64,000 bases of DNA from Fidelibacterota bacterium (GTDB lineage: Bacteria > Fidelibacterota > Marinisomatia > Marinisomatales > Marinisomataceae). The stretch spans positions 300 through 64,299 of the forward strand of contig JAOIOW010000004.1 in the NCBI GenBank assembly GCA_028140795.1. The letters are read 5' to 3'. Shown here piece after piece: positions 10,673 to 21,052 of this stretch. Numbering within the stretch: position 1 is the first letter of the stretch; every line of letters starts with the position of its first letter. The notes under the pieces are model-generated. The model saw only the letters and a program-made list of their open reading frames with translations, was not told the DNA's origin and ran no database searches. The translations under genes were made by a program, and so were the position numbers.

Positions 10673-11083
10673 ATGAGACCTTTCCATTTAGCCTTTCCGG
10701 TTACAGATTTGAAATCTACTAAATCCTTTTATGTAGATATATTAAAATGTGAAGTTGGAAGATCATCTAATGCATGGATTGACTTCAATATGTTTGGCCA
10801 TCAAGTAGTAGCTCATCTTGTAGATAAAAACAATCATCCAGCCTCAAATAGTGTTGATGGAGATGAGGTTCCTGCCTCTCATTTTGGAGTAGTATTAACC
10901 ATGTCCCAGTGGAAAGATTTAAAAAATCATTTACTAGAGCAAAAAATTCAGTTCATTATCGAGCCTAAAATTCGTTTTAAAGGTGAAGCAGGTGAGCAGG
11001 CTACAATGTTTTTTAAAGACCCTTCTGGAAATGCGCTTGAATTTAAGGCATTTAATGACGATAATCAGATCTTTGCAAAGTAA
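10673..11083 (+). CDS. VOC family (glyoxalase/bleomycin resistance/dioxygenase) protein
   Basis: PFHLAFPV, HFGVVL, DPSGNALEFKAF; start placed at ATG 10673. Confidence 0.9.
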   Translation: MRPFHLAFPVTDLKSTKSFYVDILKCEVGRSSNAWIDFNMFGHQVVAHLVDKNNHPASNSVDGDEVPASHFGVVLTMSQWKDLKNHLLEQKIQFIIEPKIRFKGEAGEQATMFFKDPSGNALEFKAFNDDNQIFAK

Positions 11084-11097
11084 GGAGAATATGAGTA

Positions 11098-11799
11098 ATG
11101 GATAAAACAGCAGTTGCGCACTGGGCGCCTGAAATTGGAGGTCAGTTTTGGTGGAATGGTGTATTCTTTGTTTTAATTTTTGTTCCATTTATGCTGTTTA
11201 TTGGTAAGAAATTATCTTCTAAGCAACGTGATTTTATGTTGTATGGAATGGGGGCCTATCAGCTAATAAAAGTATTTGCTGTTCAAATGTCCCATATTTT
11301 GTCAGATAATTATATTTTAGCGACTCATCTTCCTCTGCAATTATGTGGGATGTCAGGAATTCTTGCTGGAGTTGTAGTTTTTTATAGAAAGCAAATACTT
11401 TTCGAATTTTTATACTATTTTGGTATTGTAGGATTTATTCATTCGATTTTAACTCCAGAATTTACTGGAGGAACATCTTCTTGGAACATTTTTGATTATT
11501 ATGTTGGGCACTCAATGTTGCTAATTGTTCCAGCTTGGCTTATGATGTATTATGATCAACGACTAAGACATAATGCCTGGTGGACAAGCTTTATTTATTT
11601 ACAACTTCTTGTAGTGTTAGTTTCGCAGGCCAATTCTATCATAGGTAATGGTGCTAATTATATGTATTTAGCTAAGGCTCCAATAGCCGATAATCCATTA
11701 GTTTTACAAGACCCTTACCACATAATTGGTTTTGAAATTTTTGCAATTATTCATTTTTATGTTCTTGACGTTATAGCAAGGCGGATTTTCGATAAATGA
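11098..11799 (+). CDS. TIGR02206/YwaF-like integral membrane protein
   Basis: HLPLQLC, LTP, GH and ANYMYL motifs; multiple TM segments. Confidence 0.75.
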   Translation: MDKTAVAHWAPEIGGQFWWNGVFFVLIFVPFMLFIGKKLSSKQRDFMLYGMGAYQLIKVFAVQMSHILSDNYILATHLPLQLCGMSGILAGVVVFYRKQILFEFLYYFGIVGFIHSILTPEFTGGTSSWNIFDYYVGHSMLLIVPAWLMMYYDQRLRHNAWWTSFIYLQLLVVLVSQANSIIGNGANYMYLAKAPIADNPLVLQDPYHIIGFEIFAIIHFYVLDVIARRIFDK

Positions 11800-12803
11800 C
11801 ACTACTCTTAGCATACTTCTTCTTGGCATTATTTTTATCTTTTTTATGCTCGCTACTTGAGGCAGTTCTGCTTTCTACGCCTGCGTCATATTCATCTATT
11901 TTATCCAAACAAAATGCTTCTCAAGGAGATCGCTTAGAACGTTTTAAAGAAAACATTAATCGTCCTCTTGCAGCAATTTTAACACTAAACACATTTGCTC
12001 ACACATTAGGTGCTGCCGGAGTTGGAGCTCAAACCTTAGAGCTGTATGGGGAAAGCTCTGTGGCTGTTGCCTCGGGAATTTTGACTTTATTGATATTAGT
12101 GTTTTCTGAAATTATCCCAAAAACCATTGGGAGCGTTTATTGGAGAGGGTTAATCGGTAATACAACGTTGATCATAGAAGTATTAATATTTTTTACATAT
12201 CCATTAGTATTACTAGCAGAATATATCTCAAACTTCGGCGAAGATGAAGCTACTGTAACCAGAGAAGAAGTGATAGCAATGGCAGAAATGGGTGAAGATG
12301 AAGGTGTTCTTGAAGAACAGGAAACTGATATTATTGAAAACACTTTAAAACTTAAAGATGTTAAGGTGAAAGATATCATGACCCCTCGGTCTGTAATATT
12401 TGCGGTAAATAGCGATTTTACGGTTGGTCAAGTGCTTGAGGAGCATGAAACATTGGATTTCACCAGAATTCCCATTTTTGAAGGTAATTTGGACGCTATA
12501 AAGGGTATGGTTAATCGATATGAAATCATTAATCGTAAGGCTGAAGATCAGTTTAGTACAAGAATGCATGAAATTTCACAAGAAGTTCCATTTGTTAATG
12601 AAAACGACCCAATTGATAAGGTTTTGGAATTGTTTATAAAAAATCGTGATCATATGGCGTTAGTAAAGGATAATGATCATATCCTTACCGGATTAATCAC
12701 CCTAGAGGATGCAATAGAAACCATTCTTGGGCAAGAAATTGTCGATGAACATGATTCAGTAGTTGATATGAGAGATTTGGCTGAATCAAAAGAGCAAGAA
12801 TAA
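11796..12803 (+). CDS. CNNM (DUF21)-CBS domain membrane protein (hemolysin/CorC-like)
   Basis: SFLCSLLEAVLLS, SEIIPKTIG, DIMTPR, TRIPIF, GLITLED. Confidence 0.9.
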   Translation: MTLLLAYFFLALFLSFLCSLLEAVLLSTPASYSSILSKQNASQGDRLERFKENINRPLAAILTLNTFAHTLGAAGVGAQTLELYGESSVAVASGILTLLILVFSEIIPKTIGSVYWRGLIGNTTLIIEVLIFFTYPLVLLAEYISNFGEDEATVTREEVIAMAEMGEDEGVLEEQETDIIENTLKLKDVKVKDIMTPRSVIFAVNSDFTVGQVLEEHETLDFTRIPIFEGNLDAIKGMVNRYEIINRKAEDQFSTRMHEISQEVPFVNENDPIDKVLELFIKNRDHMALVKDNDHILTGLITLEDAIETILGQEIVDEHDSVVDMRDLAESKEQE

Positions 12804-12858
12804 ATAATTAATTAAATATTTGAGTTTTTAAAATCCTACATTAACTTCACCATCAGTT

Positions 12859-13389
12859 ATGGCAAAAAAACAAACATTTACATCAAAGCTAAGTAAGCAA
12901 GGCAGCAACTTTAAATATGTAAAACATATTAAGTCTGTCATTTCTGAAGATACTGGTCATACCAAGTTTTTAGAAAACATGGTCAGATTAGAAGAAAACG
13001 AAAATCTTGATCAGGCTTTGAAAAGAATGGAAGAAGAATCCAAACAAGTTCTATCGTTTGGAGAAGTTCTTGAAGAGGCGTCTACGGAAGAACAGCCTTC
13101 AGAAGAAGCTCTTGTAGAGGAAGCGCCGCCAGCAGAAGAAGAATCAAAAGAAGAAGCTCCTGCGGAAGAAGAATCAAAAGAAGAAGCTCCTGCGGAAGAA
13201 CCTACAGAAGAAGCACCAGCTGAAGAACAGCCTACAGAAGAAGCTCCTGTAGAGGAAGCGCCAGCAGAAGAAGAATCAAAAGAAGAAGCTCCTGCGGAAG
13301 AACCTACAGAAGAAGCACCAGCTGAACAAGCTGAACCGGCAACTGAAGACGAATCAGCTGAACCAGCTGAAGAATCCTCCGATAAATAA
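12859..13389 (+). CDS. DUF4295 (bL38-like) N-terminal domain with long Glu/Ala/Pro-rich tail
   Basis: N-terminus MAKKQTF...YVKHIKSVISEDTGHTKFLENMV resembles FCB-group DUF4295 proteins (recalled, not searched); C-terminal ~100 aa of EEAPAEE repeats. Confidence 0.55.
   Translation: MAKKQTFTSKLSKQGSNFKYVKHIKSVISEDTGHTKFLENMVRLEENENLDQALKRMEEESKQVLSFGEVLEEASTEEQPSEEALVEEAPPAEEESKEEAPAEEESKEEAPAEEPTEEAPAEEQPTEEAPVEEAPAEEESKEEAPAEEPTEEAPAEQAEPATEDESAEPAEESSDK
13087..13326 (+). repeat. Imperfect in-frame tandem repeats encoding EEAPAEE / EESKEEAPA
   Basis: GAAGAAGAATCAAAAGAAGAAGCTCCTGCG occurs three times; CCTACAGAAGAAGC occurs three times. Confidence 0.9.
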
Positions 13390-13394
13390 TTTTT

Positions 13395-13479
13395 GGAGAG
13401 GTGGCCGAGTGGCTTAAGGCGCACGCTTGGAAAGCGTGTAGAACGCAAGTTCACGCAGGTTCGAATCCTGTCCTCTCCG
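13395..13479 (+). tRNA. tRNA-Ser(GGA)
   Basis: Acceptor GGAGAGG/CCTCTCC, anticodon arm CACGC-TTGGAAA-GCGTG, long variable arm. Confidence 0.96.
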
Positions 13480-13495
13480 CAAAAAAAATACAAAA

Positions 13496-14307
<812 letters not shown>

Positions 14308-14316
14308 TATTTTGTA

Positions 14317-14772
14317 ATGAATTCCATTAAAAAAATCAAAACAATAGGTAATCTAGAATTTTTTACCGTCTCTGTAGATTCAAAAAAAGAAATACCTTTT
14401 ATAGATACTATGGTGTCTGCAGGGTTTCCTTCGCCGGCAGACGATTATTTAGATTTACCAATTGATTTAAACGAATATTTAGTAGAAAACAGCGCTGCAA
14501 CATTTTATATCAGAGTTTCTGGTAATTCTATGCAAGACGAAGGAATTGATGATGGAGACCTGCTGGTAGTTGATCGATCAAAAAATCCTAAGAATAATGA
14601 TATTGTCATTGGTGTATTGAACGGTGAATTCACCGTGAAAAAAATTCAAAAAACAAAAACCAAATTATTTATGGTTGCAGCAAATAAAGAGTATAAGAAA
14701 ATTGAAATTACTGAAGAGATGGATTTCTCTGTTTGGGGAGTTGTAACCTATGTCATCCACAAAACAAGATAG
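14317..14772 (+). CDS. umuD: DNA polymerase V subunit UmuD (S24 peptidase)
   Basis: VSAGFPSPA cleavage site, GNSM catalytic Ser, FTVKK catalytic Lys. Confidence 0.93.
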   Translation: MNSIKKIKTIGNLEFFTVSVDSKKEIPFIDTMVSAGFPSPADDYLDLPIDLNEYLVENSAATFYIRVSGNSMQDEGIDDGDLLVVDRSKNPKNNDIVIGVLNGEFTVKKIQKTKTKLFMVAANKEYKKIEITEEMDFSVWGVVTYVIHKTR

Positions 14773-16027
14773 TTACATAGCTATTGTTGATTGTAACAAC
14801 TTTTACGCTTCATGTGAGAGAGTTTTTAATCCTGCATTAAACAACAAACCTGTTATTGTTTTATCCAATAATGACGGATGTGTTATTGCGCGCTCACAGG
14901 AGGTAAAAGATTTAGGAATCCCTATGGGAATTCCAGTTTTTAAAATTAAACATCTTGTTGAGATTCATGACATCCAGATTTTTTCATCAAATTTTGCATT
15001 ATATGGGGATATCTCTAATAGAATTATGAATATCATTCGCTCAGGTAACTCTGAGATGGAGGTATATTCTATTGATGAAGCATTTGTCACTATTAATCCT
15101 CGCTATACAGATCCCATAGATTATGCTACAACACTTAGAAACAAGATTTATCAATGGACCGGAATACCGGTATCAATTGGAATAGGAAAAACCAAGACCT
15201 TAGCTAAAGTAGCCAACCATTTATCCAAAAGAGGTGTAGGAAAGAATAATGTTTGTTTAATTGATAGTACCAATGATCAGGATTTGTTGCAGAAAGTTAA
15301 AGTACACGACATCTGGGGAGTTGGAAGAAGAAAGCAAAAATTTTTGAAGATTAATGGCATTTATAATGCCTATGATTTGAAACAGGCTAATCCAGAGTGG
15401 ATTCAAAAACATATGACTATTATTAGCAGGCACACCGTAGATGAGTTGAATGGTAGGAAAAAAATAGAGTTAGAACGTGAATTTGCTACTAAAAAGAGTA
15501 TTTCAACTTCTAGGTCATTCTCTAGGATGATTTCTGATCTTAATACCTTGAGAAATGCTATTTCTTCGCACGCTTCTAGATCTGCTGAAAAGCTACGATC
15601 ACAAAATAGTTTTGTAAACTCGATTGGGGTATATTTATGTACTAATCGTTTCCGCGCTGATTTGCCTCAATATCGTCGTTATATCAACGTTCAGCTGCCT
15701 GTTGCTTTAAATGATACCAGTGGCATCATAAACGCTGCTTTAGAAGGATTATATGCGATTTATAAAAGTGGATATGAGTATAAGAAATGCGGAGTAATCT
15801 TAAATGACTTAGTACAAGCAAATGAGGTGCAACAATCACTGTTTTACAACCGTAGAGATAAGGATGAACGTATTAGCGCATCTATTGATCAAATTAATCA
15901 AGCTTTTGGGTCAGATACTATTAGATACGCTGTGCAAGGAGAGAATGAATCTTGGTCAATTAAAAGAGAAAAACTTTCCCCAAGCTACACCACAAATTGG
16001 AACGAATTTTTAACATTGAAGGTTTAG
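14750..16027 (+). CDS. umuC: Y-family DNA polymerase V subunit UmuC
   Basis: DCNNFYASCE, SNNDGC, YSIDE, C-terminal LSPSYTT.W. Confidence 0.95.
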   Translation: MSSTKQDSYIAIVDCNNFYASCERVFNPALNNKPVIVLSNNDGCVIARSQEVKDLGIPMGIPVFKIKHLVEIHDIQIFSSNFALYGDISNRIMNIIRSGNSEMEVYSIDEAFVTINPRYTDPIDYATTLRNKIYQWTGIPVSIGIGKTKTLAKVANHLSKRGVGKNNVCLIDSTNDQDLLQKVKVHDIWGVGRRKQKFLKINGIYNAYDLKQANPEWIQKHMTIISRHTVDELNGRKKIELEREFATKKSISTSRSFSRMISDLNTLRNAISSHASRSAEKLRSQNSFVNSIGVYLCTNRFRADLPQYRRYINVQLPVALNDTSGIINAALEGLYAIYKSGYEYKKCGVILNDLVQANEVQQSLFYNRRDKDERISASIDQINQAFGSDTIRYAVQGENESWSIKREKLSPSYTTNWNEFLTLKV

Positions 16028-16050
16028 TAAGCATATACTAAACTCTAAAA

Positions 16051-16515
16051 ATGAAGCACTATATCATAATACTAATATTGTTTAGTACTTTTTCTTTAGC
16101 TCAAGAAGCATCAACGGGAAACATCTTAGAAGATCATGATAAGGCAGTTAAAGGAATTCTATCAGATGAGATTAAAAAGCAAACTGAGATTATTAATAAG
16201 TCACTAGCAAAGCAAAGCAATGATGTATTATTTTCCCAAGCAGCCTATTCTTTTTTAGGAATAGTTGGAACTATCATTTTTGAAGCCAATAATGAGAGTA
16301 ACCCTGCAAACTTTATACCTATGGTTCTAGGGCATACTATTGTTCCAGTATTAGAGATGAGAGATATTAATAATAGCAATGAGCCTGAATCATTAAAAAA
16401 AATGCGCAAAAGTAGGGTAAGAGTAAATAGCATGCTTGGTTCCGTTCCGATAGCAAAATGGATTATTGTTTCGCTAAGAATGCCAAAAGCGCTGTTTGAT
16501 AGCATTTTCAAATGA
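16051..16515 (+). CDS. Hypothetical protein with signal peptide
   Basis: N-terminal hydrophobic signal ending SLA/QE; coupled to yjjX. Confidence 0.6.
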   Translation: MKHYIIILILFSTFSLAQEASTGNILEDHDKAVKGILSDEIKKQTEIINKSLAKQSNDVLFSQAAYSFLGIVGTIIFEANNESNPANFIPMVLGHTIVPVLEMRDINNSNEPESLKKMRKSRVRVNSMLGSVPIAKWIIVSLRMPKALFDSIFK

Positions 16516-17030
16516 AAAAAGTACTTATAGCGTCAAGGAATCCAGTAAAAATCAATGCCACAAAAAAGGCTTTTGAAGAAGTCTTTACTGATCGTTTTGA
16601 ATTCGAAGGAGTGTCAGCCGATTCTTTGGTTTCAGATCAACCCATGTCAAATGATGAAACCTTAAAAGGGGCAACAAATCGACTTCAAAACATTCAACAT
16701 CTTGAGGCTGATTATTTGGTTTCTATTGAGGGTGGAGTAGACTTGCTTGATAATAATTATGAAGCATTTGCATGGATCGTTATTTCAGATAAGCAAAAAA
16801 TTGGTAAAGCAAAAACAGCAACATTCCCATTGCCAATAAAAATTTCAAATCTTATCAAAGAAGGATATGAGCTTGGAGACGCTGATGATATAGTTTTTAA
16901 ACGCTCGAATTCAAAGCAAAAAAATGGAGCAGTTGGAATCCTTACAGATAATTTAATTAATAGAACTGATTATTATTCTCATGCAATTATTTTAGCATTA
17001 ATTCCTTTTACAAATACAAAACTTTATTAA
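16512..17030 (+). CDS. yjjX: Inosine/xanthosine triphosphatase
   Basis: ASRNPVKI, VSDQPM, GATNR, IEGG, GAVGILT, R..YY. Confidence 0.9.
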   Translation: MKKVLIASRNPVKINATKKAFEEVFTDRFEFEGVSADSLVSDQPMSNDETLKGATNRLQNIQHLEADYLVSIEGGVDLLDNNYEAFAWIVISDKQKIGKAKTATFPLPIKISNLIKEGYELGDADDIVFKRSNSKQKNGAVGILTDNLINRTDYYSHAIILALIPFTNTKLY

Positions 17031-17048
17031 AAGTTATTATATTCACCC

Positions 17049-17234
17049 ATGTTTAAAGTTCTTCACGAATTACGCACTAACACCAAAGAGTCTGGATTAA
17101 GACAAGCAATTAAGATGATGTTTAAAAAATATGGTTGGAAAGTGGGCTTAGCCATATTTATGTATTATTTAATTAGAGATGTTACTCTTTATATAATTTT
17201 ACCTTATCTGATTATGAAAGGATTCTTTAGTTAG
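17049..17234 (+). CDS. Small hypothetical membrane protein
   Basis: 61 aa, KKYGWK followed by hydrophobic helix with YYLIRD. Confidence 0.6.
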   Translation: MFKVLHELRTNTKESGLRQAIKMMFKKYGWKVGLAIFMYYLIRDVTLYIILPYLIMKGFFS

Positions 17235-17255
17235 TGAAGTATTGTTATCAAAAAA

Positions 17256-17987
17256 TTATTTAGATAACATTCCAGGAAGAGATACTATATTGAAATTAAT
17301 TTCAATCATATCTCTAATCACCTTGTCTTTAGCAGCATCTCTTGAGGTTTGAACCTTGTTCCAAAAAGAATTTGGATTATCTAAGTGCATTTCAGAGCGA
17401 TATTCTACACCAAAAGCACTTCTATCAAATGATAGTTTTCCTTGAGCAGTTTTAATATCTGAATCAAGATCTACAATAGCCTCAAAATTGATAGGATTAG
17501 TTTTATCTTTTATTGTCATATCTGCATTAATCAGCATTTTGTATTTACCACTTTCAAGCTTTTCAAGTATTTTGCTTGATTTAATATTCAGCTTTGCTTT
17601 CGGAAATTTTGTGACATGAAAAAAATCAGGACTTTTCAAGTGACCAATTAATCTTTCTTTTGAGCCAGCAGATAGGTCATTATTTGTCATAGAGCTCATA
17701 TCCATTACCACAGTTCCTGATATAATATTATTTTTTAATGAAATATTTCCGTTAGACATTTTTAATTCACCATCATGATTTGAAACAGCAAACTTTAACC
17801 CTCCGAGCCAAGCAATCTTGCTTCTAGCGGTGTCAAGAATAATTCTAGAATCTATATTTGTTTCATTCATTTTAAGAGCAGATATGTTTAAAGATTTTTT
17901 TAAAGGTTTGAGTTCAGGCTCTTGATTATTTAATAGCTGTCCAAACATTAAATTGCTTAATAAAATAATAAATAAAATTTTTTTCAT
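17256..17987 (-). CDS. YceI family lipid/polyisoprenoid-binding protein
   Basis: Signal peptide; S.I.W.G, HDG, HLKSPDFFHV.KFP.A, FDRS.FGV. Confidence 0.88.
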   Translation of the reverse strand: MKKILFIILLSNLMFGQLLNNQEPELKPLKKSLNISALKMNETNIDSRIILDTARSKIAWLGGLKFAVSNHDGELKMSNGNISLKNNIISGTVVMDMSSMTNNDLSAGSKERLIGHLKSPDFFHVTKFPKAKLNIKSSKILEKLESGKYKMLINADMTIKDKTNPINFEAIVDLDSDIKTAQGKLSFDRSAFGVEYRSEMHLDNPNSFWNKVQTSRDAAKDKVIRDMIEINFNIVSLPGMLSK

Positions 17988-18136
17988 GAGTACTTTGTTT
18001 CCTTTTTAATATTTTTGAAAATATATTTCGTTGCAAAAATTAATATATTTAGTTTTTAACAACAAGTAAGCATATAATTTTACATAGTAATTATCTTTTA
18101 TTTTCATTTATAATTGATAAATTACATTGTTTTTTT

Positions 18137-18223
18137 GGAGGCATGGCAGAGCGGTTGAATGCACTGGTCTTGAAAACCAGCAAGGGTGCAAGCCCTTCAG
18201 AGGTTCGAATCCTCTTGCCTCCG
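18137..18223 (+). tRNA. tRNA-Ser(TGA)
   Basis: Acceptor GGAGGCA/TGCCTCC, anticodon arm CTGGT-CTTGAAA-ACCAG, long variable arm. Confidence 0.96.
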
Positions 18224-18225
18224 CA

Positions 18226-19638
18226 ATGAAGAATCCTCGTGTAAGATTCGCACCAAGTCCTACTGGCTATTTGCATATTGGTGGTGCAAGAACAGCTTTA
18301 TTTAATTGGCTTTTTGCAAAACAGAATAAGGGTCAGTTTTTGTTACGAATTGAGGATACTGATCTAGAGCGATCCAAAACTGAATACGTCGATCAAATTA
18401 CCGATGCTTTATCTTGGCTAGGACTTAATTGGGATGAAGACATTGTACTTCAATCTAATAACAAGTCAAGACATGAAGAAATGGTAGCAAAAATGCTTGA
18501 TAATGGTACAGCTTATCGTTGTTTTCTTCAAAAAGAAGAGCTTGATAAGTTGCGATTGGCATCTGAACAAAAAAAAGAAGTTTTTCGTGTACCGCAAACG
18601 TATAGAGATTTATCAGAAGATGAAGTCAAAGAATTGCTCAATCAAGGCAAATCATTTACTGTCAGATTAAAAGTTCCAGAAGGCGAAACAGAATTTACTG
18701 ATTTAGTGTATGGTACAATCAAGGTTCAAAACAAAGATTTAGATGACTTTATCATTGCGAGATCAGATGGATCGCCCACCTATAATTTTGTGGTAGCTAT
18801 TGATGATTCAGATATGAATATTTCTCATGTTGTTCGAGGAGATGATCATTTAGCAAACACTCCAAAACAAATACTTGTATATAGAGCTTTAGGTCTAGAT
18901 GAACCTATTTTTGCTCATTTACCAATGATTTTAGGTTCTGATAAAAAAAGATTGAGTAAAAGGCATGCTGCAACCAATGTACAAGAGTACAAGGATAAAG
19001 GATTTACTGCTACTGCAATATTGAATTATTTGTCTTTATTAGGGTGGAATCCTGATTCTGATAAAGAAATTTTTAATCAAGAAGAGTTGATAGAAAGTTT
19101 TCAATTTGATCAAGTTCAAAAAAAATCAGCCGTATTTGATGAAAAAAAATTATTGTGGATCTCGCAACGACATTTAACAGATATGAGTGTCAGAGATACC
19201 ATGAATGAAATTTATAAACTAAATCCTGATTGGGGAGATGGTCTTGATTGGAATTATTTAAAAGAAATTGTAAAGCTTATTAAAGATAGATCAAAAACAA
19301 TTACAGAAATTGCTGAGATGTCAGGACTATTTTTTCAAGAATCACTTGATTACGATCAAGATTTAATATCTAAAACGTTCAATGAAGAAGCTGTTGCTAT
19401 TTTAGCAGACTTTAAAAGCGCTTTGGAGGGTTGTGATACATGGAATAGATCTGAAATTGAACTTATTTTTGACAATTTAATGGCACAGCATGATGTGCAG
19501 ATTGGAAAAGTAATGAAGCCTATAAGGGTTGCGCTTACAGGTATTGCTTTTGGTCCTGGCATTTTCGATTTAATACTATTACTAGGGAAAGATATTTGTT
19601 TGAAACGTACTCGTAAGCTTTTGTCTATTTTAGACTAA
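18226..19638 (+). CDS. gltX: Glutamate--tRNA ligase (true start 18226; ORF-track start lies within the tRNA)
   Basis: RVRFAPSPTGYLHIGG, RIEDTD, RGDDH, KRLSKR. Confidence 0.96.
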   Translation: MKNPRVRFAPSPTGYLHIGGARTALFNWLFAKQNKGQFLLRIEDTDLERSKTEYVDQITDALSWLGLNWDEDIVLQSNNKSRHEEMVAKMLDNGTAYRCFLQKEELDKLRLASEQKKEVFRVPQTYRDLSEDEVKELLNQGKSFTVRLKVPEGETEFTDLVYGTIKVQNKDLDDFIIARSDGSPTYNFVVAIDDSDMNISHVVRGDDHLANTPKQILVYRALGLDEPIFAHLPMILGSDKKRLSKRHAATNVQEYKDKGFTATAILNYLSLLGWNPDSDKEIFNQEELIESFQFDQVQKKSAVFDEKKLLWISQRHLTDMSVRDTMNEIYKLNPDWGDGLDWNYLKEIVKLIKDRSKTITEIAEMSGLFFQESLDYDQDLISKTFNEEAVAILADFKSALEGCDTWNRSEIELIFDNLMAQHDVQIGKVMKPIRVALTGIAFGPGIFDLILLLGKDICLKRTRKLLSILD

Positions 19639-19697
19639 AAATTTATCAGGTTGAAGCTCTGATATTTGATTGATAACTTCTTAACTGATTTACATAT

Positions 19698-19771
19698 GCG
19701 CCCGTAGCTCAATTGGATAGAGCGTCTGGCTACGGACCAGAAGGTTGTGGGTTCAAGTCCTTCCGGGCGTA
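19698..19771 (+). tRNA. tRNA-Arg(ACG)
   Basis: Acceptor GCGCCCG/CGGGCGT, anticodon arm TCTGG-CTACGGA-CCAGA; T-stem has one U-U and one G-U pair. Confidence 0.93.
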
Positions 19772-19774
19772 CTA

Positions 19775-20263
19775 ATGTCTGATAACAATCTAACTCAAAC
19801 CTCCCATGAAGATTGGATGAGAAAATGCTTGAGATTAGCAACAAAAGCTATGCTTGAGGATGAAGTTCCAGTTGGCGCCATTGTTGTGCATAAAGGGAAA
19901 ATTATAGGCCAGGGATACAATCAATGTAATTCGCTAAATGACGCAACAGCTCATGCTGAAATGCTGGCGATTACTGCAGCTTCAAACACTATAGGAGACT
20001 GGAGATTAAACGATTGCACCATGTATGTTACTAAAGAGCCTTGTCCAATGTGTGCTGGAGCGATAGTCAACAGTCGAATTGAATTTTTATATTTTGGCTG
20101 TTATGATGAAGATTATGGAGCTTGCGGTTCAAAGTTTGAAATTTGTGGCAATGTCAGTTTAAATACACCTGCTGTAGTTCGAGGAAATTTGCTTGCAGGT
20201 GAATCCCTTGCTTTACTTCAAGAATATTTTTTTAAAAAAAGACAGAAGAAAAAAGAATTTTAA
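19775..20263 (+). CDS. tadA: tRNA-specific adenosine-34 deaminase
   Basis: EVPVGA, TAHAE, EPCPMCAGA, C-terminal FF..KR; start at ATG 19775. Confidence 0.93.
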   Translation: MSDNNLTQTSHEDWMRKCLRLATKAMLEDEVPVGAIVVHKGKIIGQGYNQCNSLNDATAHAEMLAITAASNTIGDWRLNDCTMYVTKEPCPMCAGAIVNSRIEFLYFGCYDEDYGACGSKFEICGNVSLNTPAVVRGNLLAGESLALLQEYFFKKRQKKKEF

Positions 20264-21006
20264 ATAATAAATGGAAAGATTGCTTTTCTGTTTTTTGGAT
20301 AAGACTCAAACTTGTTATGATACCATTGATGTCCCTTAATAGCTCTTGGAACGAGATTTGCCATGGTCCAAATCATAAATGACAGTCCAGCAAGAGACCA
20401 GGTCATTATAGCAAAAGCCATCCATTCAAGAATTTCTCCGAAATAGTTTGGAAATGAGACATATCTAAACAAAAAGCCTTTAGGAATTTTGTATTCACCT
20501 GATTTAGATCGTAATGACAATAAAATATTGTCAGATTTTATATTGATATATGCACCGATTATAAATAAGCACACACCTACAATAAAATTCCAATTTGACA
20601 TGTATTCAGCAGAATATTCCTGAATGCTACCAAAATAAGTACCATTAATGTATCCATTCATCACATTAAACAGGAATGCAAGCACTGCAATAATTAGTGG
20701 CATTTGAGCAGGATTATTCTGTCTTAAAGGGTAAATTACACTTCTATTAAAGTAGTGAAGCGTCCACAATGATATAAAAGTAATGTTTGTTGGTGTCTTT
20801 TCTATATTTCCATTTAAAAAGAAATATAGCAAGGCAAGAGGAGAAATAATCTCCATGACTATCCATCCAAGTTTACTTGGAATCATTGGACCCCAATTGG
20901 TTTTTGAAAATTTGCCATAGGGTGCTGGAATTTTTAACAGGGTAATAAAGGTGATAAAGCCTATACCCAGCCAAATTAGAACTATTGATTCAAAATTTTG
21001 TAACAT
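20260..21006 (-). CDS. 3-oxo-5-alpha-steroid 4-dehydrogenase (SRD5A/DUF1295)-like membrane reductase
   Basis: APYGK, W..ME, HYFNRS, YKIP.G.LF.YVS.PNYFGE.LEW, NLVPRA..HQWY, YP.NRKA.FPF. Confidence 0.88.
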   Translation of the reverse strand: MLQNFESIVLIWLGIGFITFITLLKIPAPYGKFSKTNWGPMIPSKLGWIVMEIISPLALLYFFLNGNIEKTPTNITFISLWTLHYFNRSVIYPLRQNNPAQMPLIIAVLAFLFNVMNGYINGTYFGSIQEYSAEYMSNWNFIVGVCLFIIGAYINIKSDNILLSLRSKSGEYKIPKGFLFRYVSFPNYFGEILEWMAFAIMTWSLAGLSFMIWTMANLVPRAIKGHQWYHNKFESYPKNRKAIFPFII

Positions 21007-21052
21007 CGATAATAATTTATGAGTAATATTTAATTCTTCAAATATCAGATAT

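Noticed and set aside
13087-13326. Possible CRISPR array
   Set aside because: Repeats are in-frame coding duplications without unique spacers, and there are no cas genes.
18091-19844. ORFs 18091..18276(-), 19635..19844(-) and the extended N-termini of gltX and tadA
   Set aside because: They run through tRNA genes; homology starts at the ATGs just after the tRNAs.
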